From Myxococcota bacterium (GTDB taxonomy: Bacteria > Myxococcota > UBA4151), in contig JBDQPD010000021.1 of NCBI GenBank assembly GCA_040260805.1, positions 1 to 40,513 of the forward strand: 40,513 bases of DNA. Direction: 5' to 3'. The notes under the pieces are model-generated. The model did no database searches. It was not told the DNA's origin and worked only from the letters and a program-made list of their open reading frames with translations. Every line of letters begins with the position of its first letter. Position 1 is the stretch's first letter. Positions 1 through 9,102 of this stretch are shown here, one piece after another. A program made the position numbers and the translations under genes.

Positions 1-2
1 GC

Positions 3-251
3 CTGGCGAGCAGTCTACTGCAAGCCGGCGTCGTCGATGAATGGATCCAGATGGTGGCGCCCATGACGCTCAGAGGCTCAGGTCTACCGGCGGTCACTGG
101 AGTAGGGGTTCAAGCGCTCGAGCATGCGCAACGCGGTGTGCTAGCGCAGGTGAGCCAACTCGGGCAGGATGCCTGCATGTGGACCGTGTTTGATGATGCG
201 CCTTCATTCGCAGATCAAACACGGCTTTTGAATGAGCTGGAGCCTCGATGA
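3..251 (+). CDS. ribD: Riboflavin biosynthesis protein RibD, C-terminal reductase end (5'-partial, runs off window start)
   Basis: The frame is open from position 3 and reads LASSLLQAGVVDEWIQMVAPMTLRGSGLPAVTGVGVQALEHA...VSQLGQDA. This resembles the RibD C-terminus (LAGSLLQAGLVDELIVYIAPKLLG...vG.D). The stop overlaps the next ATG (ATGA). Confidence 0.75.
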   Translation: MASSLLQAGVVDEWIQMVAPMTLRGSGLPAVTGVGVQALEHAQRGVLAQVSQLGQDACMWTVFDDAPSFADQTRLLNELEPR

Positions 252-1306
252 TGCGTCTATTTGGTCTTAGCCTGATCAGCCTTTTGGCAGCCTGCAGCGG
301 AGATGAACCGGTCGCAGACGCTGGAACAGGCTCGGTGGTTGTTGACGCAGCGGTTGCCGACACCGGCAGTGCGCCGCGTCCTCCTGACGCTGGCTTTGGC
401 GGTGGTCTTGGTGCGCGCTGTTTGCGTCATTCGGATTGCGAGAACCCCTCGCACAAGTGCTTGATCGGAAACTATCCCAACACCCGGCACCGGTGTTCAA
501 AGACCTGTGTTCGAACCGAATCGTGTTACGACTTCGCCGAGGGCGCTGAGCTCACGCGTGAAGAGGTGATCTGTGAGCTCCCAAGCAATCTGGACACCAC
601 TCGACTTTGGTGCATTCAAGTTCCTCCTCCTCCCCCAGATGCCGGGCCTGGTGCTGACGGTGGAGCGGGAGCCGACGGCGGAGCTCAAGGTGACGGCGGT
701 CCCGAAGAGGACGCTGGAGCCGGTCAGCTGCCTGGGTCGCGCTGCGATCGTGACGATCAGTGCAGGCATCAACGCTGCTTGCGTGGTTTCTCCGGCGACT
801 CCTTTTGTGCGGTGCCTTGTGCGTCGGATGACGACTGCGCGGAGTTTCGAGCGAACTCGGGCTTAGACGAAGCGCACAGCGCCTGCGTCGACGTCGAGGG
901 TAGCCGCTTATGCAACGAGGTGGCTGCAGTGCCCAGACCCGGTTGGTCTGCACGGTTAGAGCGAGGCCTCTTTGAGGTGCGAGCACGGGTGACTTTAACC
1001 GACAGTCACAGCCTCCAGGTGCGTGACTTTTACTATGACGGTCGTCGCCAGGGGCAAGAGGTCTACATCGCGCTAAGCTCGGGCGCGATCAACGCGGACA
1101 ACGCGATCCTTGTGAGCATCAATCTGCGTTGCTTTGGCGGTACTTGTCTGGACGGTCACCCCTGCGCTGAGGCTCAAGGGACCTGCAGTGATGCTGATTT
1201 TGATCTGCCTTTGCCGGTGGGGCTGACCTACGATCAGTTTGATCGTGTGAGCGTTTTGGGGATGCCTCAGGGCGTCGCATGGACCGAGGCTGAGTTCAGC
1301 CCGTGA
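248..1306 (+). CDS. Cys-rich lipoprotein with C-terminal DM13-like domain
   Basis: Lipobox LLAAC; DAG/DGG low-complexity linkers; two Cys-rich modules (CLRHSDC..., CDRDDQC...). The C-terminus VTLTDSHSLQVRDFYYDG...VYIAL...LPLPVGLTYDQFDRVSV resembles DM13. Confidence 0.7.
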   Translation: MMRLFGLSLISLLAACSGDEPVADAGTGSVVVDAAVADTGSAPRPPDAGFGGGLGARCLRHSDCENPSHKCLIGNYPNTRHRCSKTCVRTESCYDFAEGAELTREEVICELPSNLDTTRLWCIQVPPPPPDAGPGADGGAGADGGAQGDGGPEEDAGAGQLPGSRCDRDDQCRHQRCLRGFSGDSFCAVPCASDDDCAEFRANSGLDEAHSACVDVEGSRLCNEVAAVPRPGWSARLERGLFEVRARVTLTDSHSLQVRDFYYDGRRQGQEVYIALSSGAINADNAILVSINLRCFGGTCLDGHPCAEAQGTCSDADFDLPLPVGLTYDQFDRVSVLGMPQGVAWTEAEFSP

Positions 1307-1773
1307 GGTTCGCTTGGATCCTCATATTGTCGGCTTGTGCGAGCTCTGGTCCCGTCGAGAGCCCTGCGGCTTCCACAGCGCGCACTGGGCAGCCTGCGCC
1401 TGAGCGAATGCGTCAAGAGACCTCAACTCAAGAGGTCATGCTCGCTGAGGTTAAGCGCATCCTAAAGACGGCTCAAACAGAGGTTCGTGGTTGCTATGAA
1501 GCGGTGCTGACGCCGATCTATCATCCGGATATTGATTTGGTGATCCGCTTGATCCTTCGAGCCGATGGAACCGTCCGTCGAGTCGAGGTGGTGCGTATGA
1601 AGCCTGACGTCGCTGGCTTGGTCGCCTGCTTTAGTGGCGTGTTGGCAGACCTGCGCTTTCCAAGGGACAGCGAAGACTGGGAGCTTGAGTTTCCGGTCAA
1701 GCTGCGCAGCGGCGGCATGGCGGATGATGTTGAAGACGCGACACCAAAGCCCGAGCCTAAACCTACTCCCTAA
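1303..1773 (+). CDS. Lipoprotein with AgmX/PglI C-terminal (TonB-C-like) domain
   Basis: Lipobox-like LSAC; pattern vkril...vRgCYe...lvirlilraDGtV..v.v...lvaC...l..lrFP...l.FPv; GTGA overlap with the upstream stop. Confidence 0.7.
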   Translation: MRFAWILILSACASSGPVESPAASTARTGQPAPERMRQETSTQEVMLAEVKRILKTAQTEVRGCYEAVLTPIYHPDIDLVIRLILRADGTVRRVEVVRMKPDVAGLVACFSGVLADLRFPRDSEDWELEFPVKLRSGGMADDVEDATPKPEPKPTP

Positions 1774-1787
1774 GTTGAGCGGAGTCC

Positions 1788-2207
1788 TTAGTCGATGTCC
1801 TCTAGGTCTGGCTCCATGGGCTCGCCGAGAAACTCTGACGCCATTCGATCCGCTTGAAGATCGCGTCGACGACCGCGGAAAAAGACCTGCTGCCCTTCAA
1901 AATCATGGGCGCAATAGTTCAAGGACAATCGGACCTGTCTTTGCTCGCCAAACCACTCGCTCAAAAAGGCGTCGAGAAATTCGAGCACTAGCTGCCAAGC
2001 TGCCGGTTCATCACGCGTTTTCTCAGGCCGAGAGACGCCAGCTTCCATGATCCAGCGATGCCGTTGATCGCTTGAGTCGATGCGCAAGCGCACACAGAGC
2101 CGCTTTCGATGTTCGGGCGCGCTGACGCTCAGCGTATCCGAGCCGAGCTCATCAACCCAGCGCTCAGTGAGCACGTCCTCGACATGTTCAGGGTCGAAGG
2201 GGTTCAT
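1788..2207 (-). CDS. Hypothetical protein
   Basis: 139-aa ORF with an ATGA overlap to the pyrE stop; no recognised motif. Confidence 0.65.
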   Translation of the reverse strand: MNPFDPEHVEDVLTERWVDELGSDTLSVSAPEHRKRLCVRLRIDSSDQRHRWIMEAGVSRPEKTRDEPAAWQLVLEFLDAFLSEWFGEQRQVRLSLNYCAHDFEGQQVFFRGRRRDLQADRMASEFLGEPMEPDLEDID

Positions 2208-2770
2208 GAACCCGGAAAGTCACTGCGATCAAAGAGGCTATGAACACGAACACCTTCCGCTTCGACGTTCTGCCTGCCGCCCTCTTGACGGTCGACAAGG
2301 ATAAAGACGTCCGTCGGTTGATGCTCTGCGCGACGCAGCGCGCTGAGCGCAATCTTCGTCGACCCACCGGTCGTGATCACATCTTCGAGCACCGCGAGGC
2401 GCAGATTGGCGGGGAGCTTTAGGTCGCCTTCAACCTGTCGCCCAGCCCCATGGCCTTTGGGTTCCTTGCGGACAATCAATGCCGGGAGCTCTCGGCCTCG
2501 CAATGAAGCCGTTAGACTCACGGCGCTGACCAATGGATCTCCGCCAAGCGTCATGCCCGCAACGGCGTCAAAGGGCACACCCGCTTCTCGTTCACAGGCT
2601 TCGATCGCCTCGAGGATCTGCGCACCAATCAATCGGTGCCCGAGGCCTGACAAAGAGGTCTGTCGGCAGTCGATATAAAAGTTGCTTTTCTTGCCTGAAG
2701 CGAGCGTCACCTCTCGGTTCGAGAAGCTCCTCTCAGTCAGGAGTTCAAGGAGTTCTGCGCGACTCATCAT
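2204..2770 (-). CDS. pyrE: Orotate phosphoribosyltransferase
   Basis: TLASGKKSNFYIDCR, AGMTLGGDPL, VRKEPKGHG loop, PRPP-binding VLEDVITTGGS, LVDRQEGG. Confidence 0.96.
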   Translation of the reverse strand: MMSRAELLELLTERSFSNREVTLASGKKSNFYIDCRQTSLSGLGHRLIGAQILEAIEACEREAGVPFDAVAGMTLGGDPLVSAVSLTASLRGRELPALIVRKEPKGHGAGRQVEGDLKLPANLRLAVLEDVITTGGSTKIALSALRRAEHQPTDVFILVDRQEGGRQNVEAEGVRVHSLFDRSDFPGS

Positions 2771-3363
2771 CCATCCTTAGCGCTCAAGCGCACGCCGTCG
2801 AGACTGAACGCTCGTGGCGCCGTTTTGGGCGCGGGTTTGGGAGGTGAAGTGGGGGACGCAGTGACCGGTAAAGCGGCCGCTGGCGGCGTGACGGTTGATC
2901 TCGGCGCTATCGGTTTGGACGCTGGGATCGCTGAGGCATAGGCTTGGGGGGTATGTGAAGGCTGATGCGCAGGCGCTCCATGACCCGGCCGAGTGTACGC
3001 GGTAGCGGGTAAGGGTTGCGGTGGCTGAGTGTGCTTTGGCGCACCCGCTGCCGGGCTCGGAAGGTTCGAATCAAGTCGTCCTTGAATGGTGCAGCCCTCG
3101 GCCAGGCTGACGCTCGGTGCCGAGATGCCACCCAAACTCTGACCGCTCGACTCAACCACCACTCGCTCGGCGCGAATCTGACCTTCGACGCGCCCGAGAA
3201 CTCGGACCCCAGAAGCAATAATTCCGGATCCGACTTGAGCGCCTGCCTCGATGATCACCTCGTGCGCATCGATCATGCCGGTCACCTGGCCAAAGACCCG
3301 CACAAGCTGTCCGCTGACGTTCCCCTCAACGCGTGCTCCGGTCGCCACGATGGTCTCTTGCAT
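2767..3363 (-). CDS. Bactofilin (polymer-forming cytoskeletal protein) with Pro/Ala-rich C-terminal tail
   Basis: Beta-helix repeats TIVATGARVEGNV...VFGQVTGMI...VIIEAGAQV...VLGRVEGQIRAERVVV...SLAEGCTIQG, followed by an ~95-aa P/A/T-rich tail; GGAG before ATG. Confidence 0.85.
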   Translation of the reverse strand: MQETIVATGARVEGNVSGQLVRVFGQVTGMIDAHEVIIEAGAQVGSGIIASGVRVLGRVEGQIRAERVVVESSGQSLGGISAPSVSLAEGCTIQGRLDSNLPSPAAGAPKHTQPPQPLPATAYTRPGHGAPAHQPSHTPQAYASAIPASKPIAPRSTVTPPAAALPVTASPTSPPKPAPKTAPRAFSLDGVRLSAKDG

Positions 3364-3463
3364 GCGCTTCTCCCTCGTTTGCTCCTACTCAAGGCTGGGC
3401 ATGGCGGCAACAGCGGTTGCGCGTCTGTGCATCCCTTGGCTAAACCAGAGCAGGAGCTTGGTC

Positions 3464-3784
3464 GTGCGTATTGGTTTGTGGATTTTGATTCTTGTGATGG
3501 GCGCGCCCTCAGCGGTAGCGGCTCCGAAGCTTGCGCCGATACCCACAGAGGTTTCTGAAATTGCACCTAACTTCTACCGCTATACGCGGTCCTGGAAGCG
3601 GCTTCGGACGTGGATTAAAAGAAACTACGGCAAGCAGAGCACCATCGATCCTCTAGCTTATAAGAACGGCGTCGCGATCATCAGCGTTCATTCGAAGGAA
3701 GAGCGCTTCAAGTGGAGCACCATCCACTTCTTTCGAGTCGGTGATAAAATTCGTATCTCGGTCGTGCCGCGCACCGCTGAGTAG
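3464..3784 (+). CDS. Small secreted hypothetical protein
   Basis: GTG at 3464 after a GGAG RBS gives a signal peptide (VRIGLWILILVMGAPSAVA). The longer ORF start at 3251 overlaps the bactofilin gene and is unlikely. Confidence 0.6.
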   Translation: MRIGLWILILVMGAPSAVAAPKLAPIPTEVSEIAPNFYRYTRSWKRLRTWIKRNYGKQSTIDPLAYKNGVAIISVHSKEERFKWSTIHFFRVGDKIRISVVPRTAE

Positions 3785-3798
3785 CGAAGCTGCGTAGG

Positions 3799-5025
3799 CT
3801 AGTCGCCGATGATGCGTTCGGCGAGCTGCTGCGCCATGGCAAAGGGCGCATCGAGCCCCAAGCCATGGATCAATCGATCGGGCGCTACAAACAACCCGCC
3901 CATGCCCGTATCGAGTCGTGGTGGGAGTTTGCTCGGGTGGGTTCGCCTGACAAAAGACAAGGTCTCGGATTGCGTCATCGGGTTGCGCCCGAGCAGCGGA
4001 AAGTGGCGCGCAAAAAATTCGTCTACCGCTTTGAGATCTTCATGTTCATGCAGCCAGGTCTCCAAATGGATTTCGTGCCCACGGGCTTCGACGCTGATCT
4101 GCAAGTTGCCCCCTGCCACTAAGATGGCGCTGCTCAGAAATGGTGGCCAGTCGACTGCAGCTAAGCTCCCGTAGACTCGACGAACCTCTGTCCGCTGTGC
4201 ACCATCTTTAGCCCAACGCGCCTCGAGCTTGGCGCGAGCGCGCTCGCTGGTGACATCAAAGGACTCTAGCGGGTCAGCCCATAGGACCATATGACCACCA
4301 ATGTGCTGCCCTTTGGCGGTGATCACGGAGACCAAGCGGCCTCGATGGACGTCGTAATCAACCGCAAGGTCGCGCGGTAACACCTCGACGCCCGAGCGAG
4401 CTTCGGCGAGCTCAAGGAAACTGTGCAGTGGACGGTCTAGCGCGTGAAGGTCGCGATGACCCGCCCAGCGAAGATGAACGCTTGAGGTATCAAGTGCTGT
4501 CCAAGGGTGAAGAAAGTATGGTCGATTCAGGGCGTCTAAATCGGCGCCGGTTTCGCCAAGGTCGACATCGCCCCATCCTTTGCGATGGCGCCAGCGATTC
4601 CACCAACCTCGATGAAACATCGGCGGGTATTCGGTAGGCACTGGGTCGGCCATCGGTTGCGCAAGCTCACGGCACCAATTGTCAAAGGTGCTGTGATTTA
4701 GACGTTCCTGTTGGTGGTTGCGAGCCGCTCGCTCAAGGAACAATTCGGCGCTGCCTTGGTCTGAGCAAAAGTGACCCAGACTAAACTGTGGTCTTAGGCG
4801 GTCTCGTAAGGGGACCAAGACGCCAAGCTTTAACGCTGTTTCTCGGACCGCTGGGAGCAGCGTTAAGTCGAGCGGTGGGAAGGGAGGAAGAGCAGGTGGT
4901 GGAGCCTCTGATCGCCTCAGACGAAGCACCCGCTTGCCGGACTTGGCAACTAAGCAGCCCGCAAGTCGAGCGAGCGCACCGTCTCCGAGGACTACCAAAT
5001 CGTAACTGAGGCGAGCTCCAGACAA
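3799..5025 (-). CDS. Divergent FAD/NAD-dependent oxidoreductase-like protein (phytoene dehydrogenase-like fold)
   Basis: N-terminal YDLVVLGDGALARLAGCLVAKSGKRVLRL is a degenerate Rossmann motif; C-terminal GLFVA...IHGLGL..F..A resembles the FAD-binding end motif. Confidence 0.55.
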   Translation of the reverse strand: MSGARLSYDLVVLGDGALARLAGCLVAKSGKRVLRLRRSEAPPPALPPFPPLDLTLLPAVRETALKLGVLVPLRDRLRPQFSLGHFCSDQGSAELFLERAARNHQQERLNHSTFDNWCRELAQPMADPVPTEYPPMFHRGWWNRWRHRKGWGDVDLGETGADLDALNRPYFLHPWTALDTSSVHLRWAGHRDLHALDRPLHSFLELAEARSGVEVLPRDLAVDYDVHRGRLVSVITAKGQHIGGHMVLWADPLESFDVTSERARAKLEARWAKDGAQRTEVRRVYGSLAAVDWPPFLSSAILVAGGNLQISVEARGHEIHLETWLHEHEDLKAVDEFFARHFPLLGRNPMTQSETLSFVRRTHPSKLPPRLDTGMGGLFVAPDRLIHGLGLDAPFAMAQQLAERIIGD

Positions 5026-5031
5026 GACCGA

Positions 5032-5688
5032 TCAGGCCTCGATCAATTGGCGGACGAGCTCATTGATACCGGTTGGAAGCTCAGCGATGCTTTGAGCTTC
5101 CATATAAGCCGGCGTCGTAATGACGCGCATCGCCGGGTCACGGTGGACGCCCCGTGCATCCATCTTGATGTGCGTCGCGCCTGTCTTTTCAACCTCTACG
5201 TGGTCCTCTTCACTTTGCCCGATGGTCACTTCAACCCCACGGTCGCCAAAGAGCTTAGCGAGAAGAACCGGAGCGATGCAGCAGGCTCCGATCCAGGCGC
5301 CACGCTCGTGCATCGCCATCAGGAATTTGGACACGTCGGGATCGACGCTGCAGTTGGCTCCATCAAAAGCCCAGGTGCATAAATTCTTGGCTGCGCCGAA
5401 GCCGCCGGGCATCAAAACGGCGTCAAAGTCTCCGGCGTCAGCTTGGTCCAAGGCGGTGACCGGCCCCCGCGCAATACGAGCAGCTTCTTCCAAAACATTA
5501 CGCGTTGCGTTGTCTTGCGGAGCGCCGACTTGGTGGTTGATCACGTGCGCTTGGTCTTTGTTCGGAGCCAGGATGGTCGTCTGTGCGCCGACCCGATCGA
5601 GCGCAAGCAGGCACAACACGGTCTCGTGGATCTCGGCGCCATCGTACACCCCCGAACCGCTCAAGATAACGGCTACTCTTTTACTCAT
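5032..5688 (-). CDS. elbB: Glyoxalase ElbB (DJ-1/PfpI family)
   Basis: VILSGSGVYDGAEIHE, RNVLEEAARIARG, PGGFGAAKNL, CIAP, TTPAYM. Confidence 0.95.
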   Translation of the reverse strand: MSKRVAVILSGSGVYDGAEIHETVLCLLALDRVGAQTTILAPNKDQAHVINHQVGAPQDNATRNVLEEAARIARGPVTALDQADAGDFDAVLMPGGFGAAKNLCTWAFDGANCSVDPDVSKFLMAMHERGAWIGACCIAPVLLAKLFGDRGVEVTIGQSEEDHVEVEKTGATHIKMDARGVHRDPAMRVITTPAYMEAQSIAELPTGINELVRQLIEA

Positions 5689-5700
5689 TAGAGTCTCTCC

Positions 5701-6726
5701 TCAGCGCAGGATGCTTCGCCCGGAGGAGCGAAGATCTCGGGCGCATTGAGCTACACGCTCGGCCATCGCAGCTTCACCCTTTTTCAGGTACGAGCGGGGG
5801 TCATAAACCTTCTTATTTCCGACCTCGCCATCGATTTTCATGACGCCTTGGTAGTTGGTCAAAAGATGATCAACGACCGGCCTTGTAAACGCGTATTGTG
5901 TGTCGGTGTCGACGTTCATCTTGATCACCCCGTAATCGAGGGTCTCTTGAATATCACTCAGGTCAGAGCCCGATCCACCGTGAAACACGAGATCAAAGCG
6001 TGCGTCGTTACCGAACCGGTTGCACACCGCCTCTTGTCCTTGACGAAGAATGTCAGGACGAAGGACCACATGACCGGGCTTGTAGACCCCGTGAACGTTG
6101 CCGAAGGTCGCCGCCAGCATAAACCGTCCACCAACCGCTGCGAGCGCTTCATGGGTCGCCATCATATCTTCCGGTGTGGTGTAGAGCTTTTCAGCGGGCA
6201 CGCCATGGTCGACGCCGTCTTCCTCGCCACCGACCACACCGATCTCGACTTCGAGAATGATCTCACTCTTTGCGCAGCGTTCCAGCAACACTTGAGAGCG
6301 GCTTAGGTTCTCGTTGAGCGGCAAGATCGAACCATCGAACATATGACTGTTGAACAGATTTTTTCGCCCCTGAGCCCGACGCCTCTCGGTCTCTGCAATC
6401 AGGGGGATCAAGAACGAGTCAACCTTATCGGGGAGGCAGTGGTCCGTGTGCAATGCGACCCCGATATCGTAGGCTTCAGCTAAGGTGTGGATCGCATCGG
6501 CGAGCGCGATCGCCCCAAGCACAGAATCTTTGTTCTGAAGACCCGACGCAAACTGTCCCGCTCCCGTGCTGACTTGGAGAAAGCCATCGCTCCCTTCCGA
6601 GGCAAGACCGGCGAGCGCTGCGTTGGCGGTGCTCATGGAGGTCACATTGATCGCCGGAAAGGCGTAGTGACCTCGGTTGGCTTCATCCAACATGCGACAA
6701 TAAGTGGTATGATCAAGGACAGGCAT
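5701..6726 (-). CDS. fbaA: Class II fructose-bisphosphate aldolase
   Basis: AFPAINV, HTDHC, SHMFDGS, EIGVVGGEEDG, FGNVHGVYKPG, FHGGSGS, KMNVDTDTQ, YDPRSYL. Confidence 0.96.
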   Translation of the reverse strand: MPVLDHTTYCRMLDEANRGHYAFPAINVTSMSTANAALAGLASEGSDGFLQVSTGAGQFASGLQNKDSVLGAIALADAIHTLAEAYDIGVALHTDHCLPDKVDSFLIPLIAETERRRAQGRKNLFNSHMFDGSILPLNENLSRSQVLLERCAKSEIILEVEIGVVGGEEDGVDHGVPAEKLYTTPEDMMATHEALAAVGGRFMLAATFGNVHGVYKPGHVVLRPDILRQGQEAVCNRFGNDARFDLVFHGGSGSDLSDIQETLDYGVIKMNVDTDTQYAFTRPVVDHLLTNYQGVMKIDGEVGNKKVYDPRSYLKKGEAAMAERVAQCARDLRSSGRSILR

Positions 6727-6792
6727 CGCTTCAGACTCCCGGGGCTAGGCAATCGCTCTGTAGCCATGGTGCCCTGTTGCGACAAGCCTGGA

Positions 6793-9102
6793 TCAATCGT
6801 CCTGGCTCGTAGGTGGTGGAAGGTCGGGGAACTCTTGCGTTTTTCCTTGAGGATAAGCGGCCGTTTCAAACGACTGGCGAATGTGCAGCGTTTGCTTTTG
6901 CAAGTTACGATGCGCCTCCCAACAACCTTCTAAAACACTCGCCCAGCGTGGGTCGTCTGGTTGCGCTAAAGCCAGCAAGAGTTCGCTGAGAATAACCTGT
7001 AGTTCAGACAAGCCAAGTTCTTCAGCTTCTCGAAGCCAGCGCTCAGTTTGTCGTCGCTGGTCTGATTCAGCGACGACTTGAGCGTTCTGCAAATCTTGGA
7101 AGAATTCCATCACACTGCGTTGAAATTTTTCGAGTCGACGGATGGCCAGCTCTTGCTGCCCATGAGTTGCCTGCAGGAGCAGAGGTGTTGAGATCGGCGG
7201 CGTCGACACATGCGCGGCGTGCTCATGCCGGCCCTGTGGAATGCGAGGCAACTGCTGCCAGAGCGCAACGAGCAGCTCATGTCGTGTAAAGGGTTTGGCT
7301 AAGAAGGCATCGCAGCCCGCCTCGTTCGAAGCCGTTCGAGCTAAGGGTGACACGTCTGCTGTCACCGCGATAATCGGAATCCGGCCGTCATGAACCAGTT
7401 GCTCATAGTCTTCACCTTTACGAATTCTCTTGGTCGTTTCGATGCCATCCCATGGCGCCATTTGAAGGTCCATCAGGACGATCTGTTGGGTTGAGGTTTG
7501 GAGCGTTTCAAGCGCCTCCATGCCGTCACTGGCGGTGGCGACATGACACCCCATCTCCTCGAGCAAGAGGCGCGTGATGAGGAGGTTGGTTGGGGTGTCT
7601 TCAACCACAAGGATCTGTACGCCGCGCAGAGCTTCTGCATCGGGCGACACGGAGCGAGAATCTGTGCCATTCGGATCTCGTTCAGACAGGATCGGTAGGC
7701 TGAGCTTGAGGTGGAATGTGCTCCCTTCGTTGGGGCGGCTTTCAACGTGGAGCGAGGCATTAAGAAGGTTCGCTAGACGTTTCGATATAGCGAGGCCGAG
7801 TCCGCTGCCTTCATACCGTCGACTGGTTCCACTTTCGCCTTGGGTAAAGGAATCAAAGATACGTTCCTTACGATTCGGGTCGATACCGATGCCGCTGTCG
7901 CTAATCTCGGCACGCAGCTGAGCCTGACCGTTACTCTGGGTAGCCCACATGGTGACGCGGACCCATCCCTCGGGAGTGAACTTGAGCGCGTTGCTCAGTA
8001 GATTGAGGAGCACCTGGCGCAAGCGTGCGCCATCGCCGATGACCAACAGATCACTGGGGCCGTGGTATTCGAATTCTAGCTGAAGAGCTGGGGCTTTAGG
8101 CAAAAGGGCAGCGAACTGGCGGAGGTCGTCATGCAGTTGCTTGGGGGAGAAGGGGTTGTGTTCAAGTTCGAGCAAGCCCGCATCGATGGATTCGTAATCC
8201 AGAAGATCATCGATCAGTGTTCTCAGGATCTCAGCCGAGGTACCCAGCGCTTCTGCGAGCTCTGCCTGGCGGCGCCCCTCGGCTCGCTCTTGAAGTAAAT
8301 ACTGAAGACCCCGAATTTCAGTCAGGGGCGTCCGCACCTGGTGGCTCATGTGCGACAAGAAACTTGTTCGTGCCTCGGCCTGCGCTTCAGCCTCATGAGT
8401 CTCTCGACGTAAGTTGTCGATTTCAAGGCGCGAGCGTTCCTCACCTGCTAGCGTTAAGCCGACGCCAAAGGCGATCATACCTAGGATGGAGAGGTAGGGG
8501 TTGTTCAGCCCTTGAAGCGCGACCACGAGATCATGCGTCAGCACTGCGATATTGATGGCGATAGCGTAGACGATGATGTGTCGAGTGGTTTTCAGTCGAG
8601 GAGCGTTCGAGTTTTTCACCACATAGATCATGACCAGATACGACAGGATGACGAAGAGGGTCAGAATGCCTGCAATTGGCGCTAATTTTCCGTCGATATA
8701 ACTGACGTTAAAACCGTTGGGTTGTCGCATCTCCATTTGAGCGACACCGAACCAGCCAACCGCTGCTCCCGTCGCCGGAAGCAGAACCCAAAAAGCTCGC
8801 CTCAGTCGCGGCATGGAATATTCGGTCAGCGCCGCAAAGGCATCAAAAACAAGCGGCAGATGAACACCGATAGCGAAGAGCAGGACACCGAAGAGAACGC
8901 GGGCTTGCTCTTCGTTGAGCAAGCCGCTGTACAGACCGTACGCGAGCGAGAAGCGGACCAACGAGACGATGATCGCCAAATCCAGAGGCTTTGCCCAGAC
9001 CGGTGTGTGTTCGAGCGAGGTCAGCGTGGAGCGAAGCCGCAGCCAGAGGCCTAAGACCAAAAGGCTTCCACCGATTGCGTTGACTGCGAGCGCGTTAAAC
9101 AT
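6793..9102 (-). CDS. Membrane hybrid sensor histidine kinase A (multi-TM, HisKA with HQ, intact HATPase, REC, His-less Hpt-like tail)
   Basis: About 7 TM segments; H-box FLSHMSHQVRTPL; N-box NLLSNALKFT; G1 DSGIGI; F IFDSFTQ; G2 GSGLGLAIS; REC VVED...LMDLQM...AKPF. Confidence 0.9.
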   Translation of the reverse strand: MFNALAVNAIGGSLLVLGLWLRLRSTLTSLEHTPVWAKPLDLAIIVSLVRFSLAYGLYSGLLNEEQARVLFGVLLFAIGVHLPLVFDAFAALTEYSMPRLRRAFWVLLPATGAAVGWFGVAQMEMRQPNGFNVSYIDGKLAPIAGILTLFVILSYLVMIYVVKNSNAPRLKTTRHIIVYAIAINIAVLTHDLVVALQGLNNPYLSILGMIAFGVGLTLAGEERSRLEIDNLRRETHEAEAQAEARTSFLSHMSHQVRTPLTEIRGLQYLLQERAEGRRQAELAEALGTSAEILRTLIDDLLDYESIDAGLLELEHNPFSPKQLHDDLRQFAALLPKAPALQLEFEYHGPSDLLVIGDGARLRQVLLNLLSNALKFTPEGWVRVTMWATQSNGQAQLRAEISDSGIGIDPNRKERIFDSFTQGESGTSRRYEGSGLGLAISKRLANLLNASLHVESRPNEGSTFHLKLSLPILSERDPNGTDSRSVSPDAEALRGVQILVVEDTPTNLLITRLLLEEMGCHVATASDGMEALETLQTSTQQIVLMDLQMAPWDGIETTKRIRKGEDYEQLVHDGRIPIIAVTADVSPLARTASNEAGCDAFLAKPFTRHELLVALWQQLPRIPQGRHEHAAHVSTPPISTPLLLQATHGQQELAIRRLEKFQRSVMEFFQDLQNAQVVAESDQRRQTERWLREAEELGLSELQVILSELLLALAQPDDPRWASVLEGCWEAHRNLQKQTLHIRQSFETAAYPQGKTQEFPDLPPPTSQDD

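Noticed and set aside
5120..6933. Plus-strand ORFs opposite elbB and fbaA
   Set aside because: They are antisense shadows of well-conserved genes.
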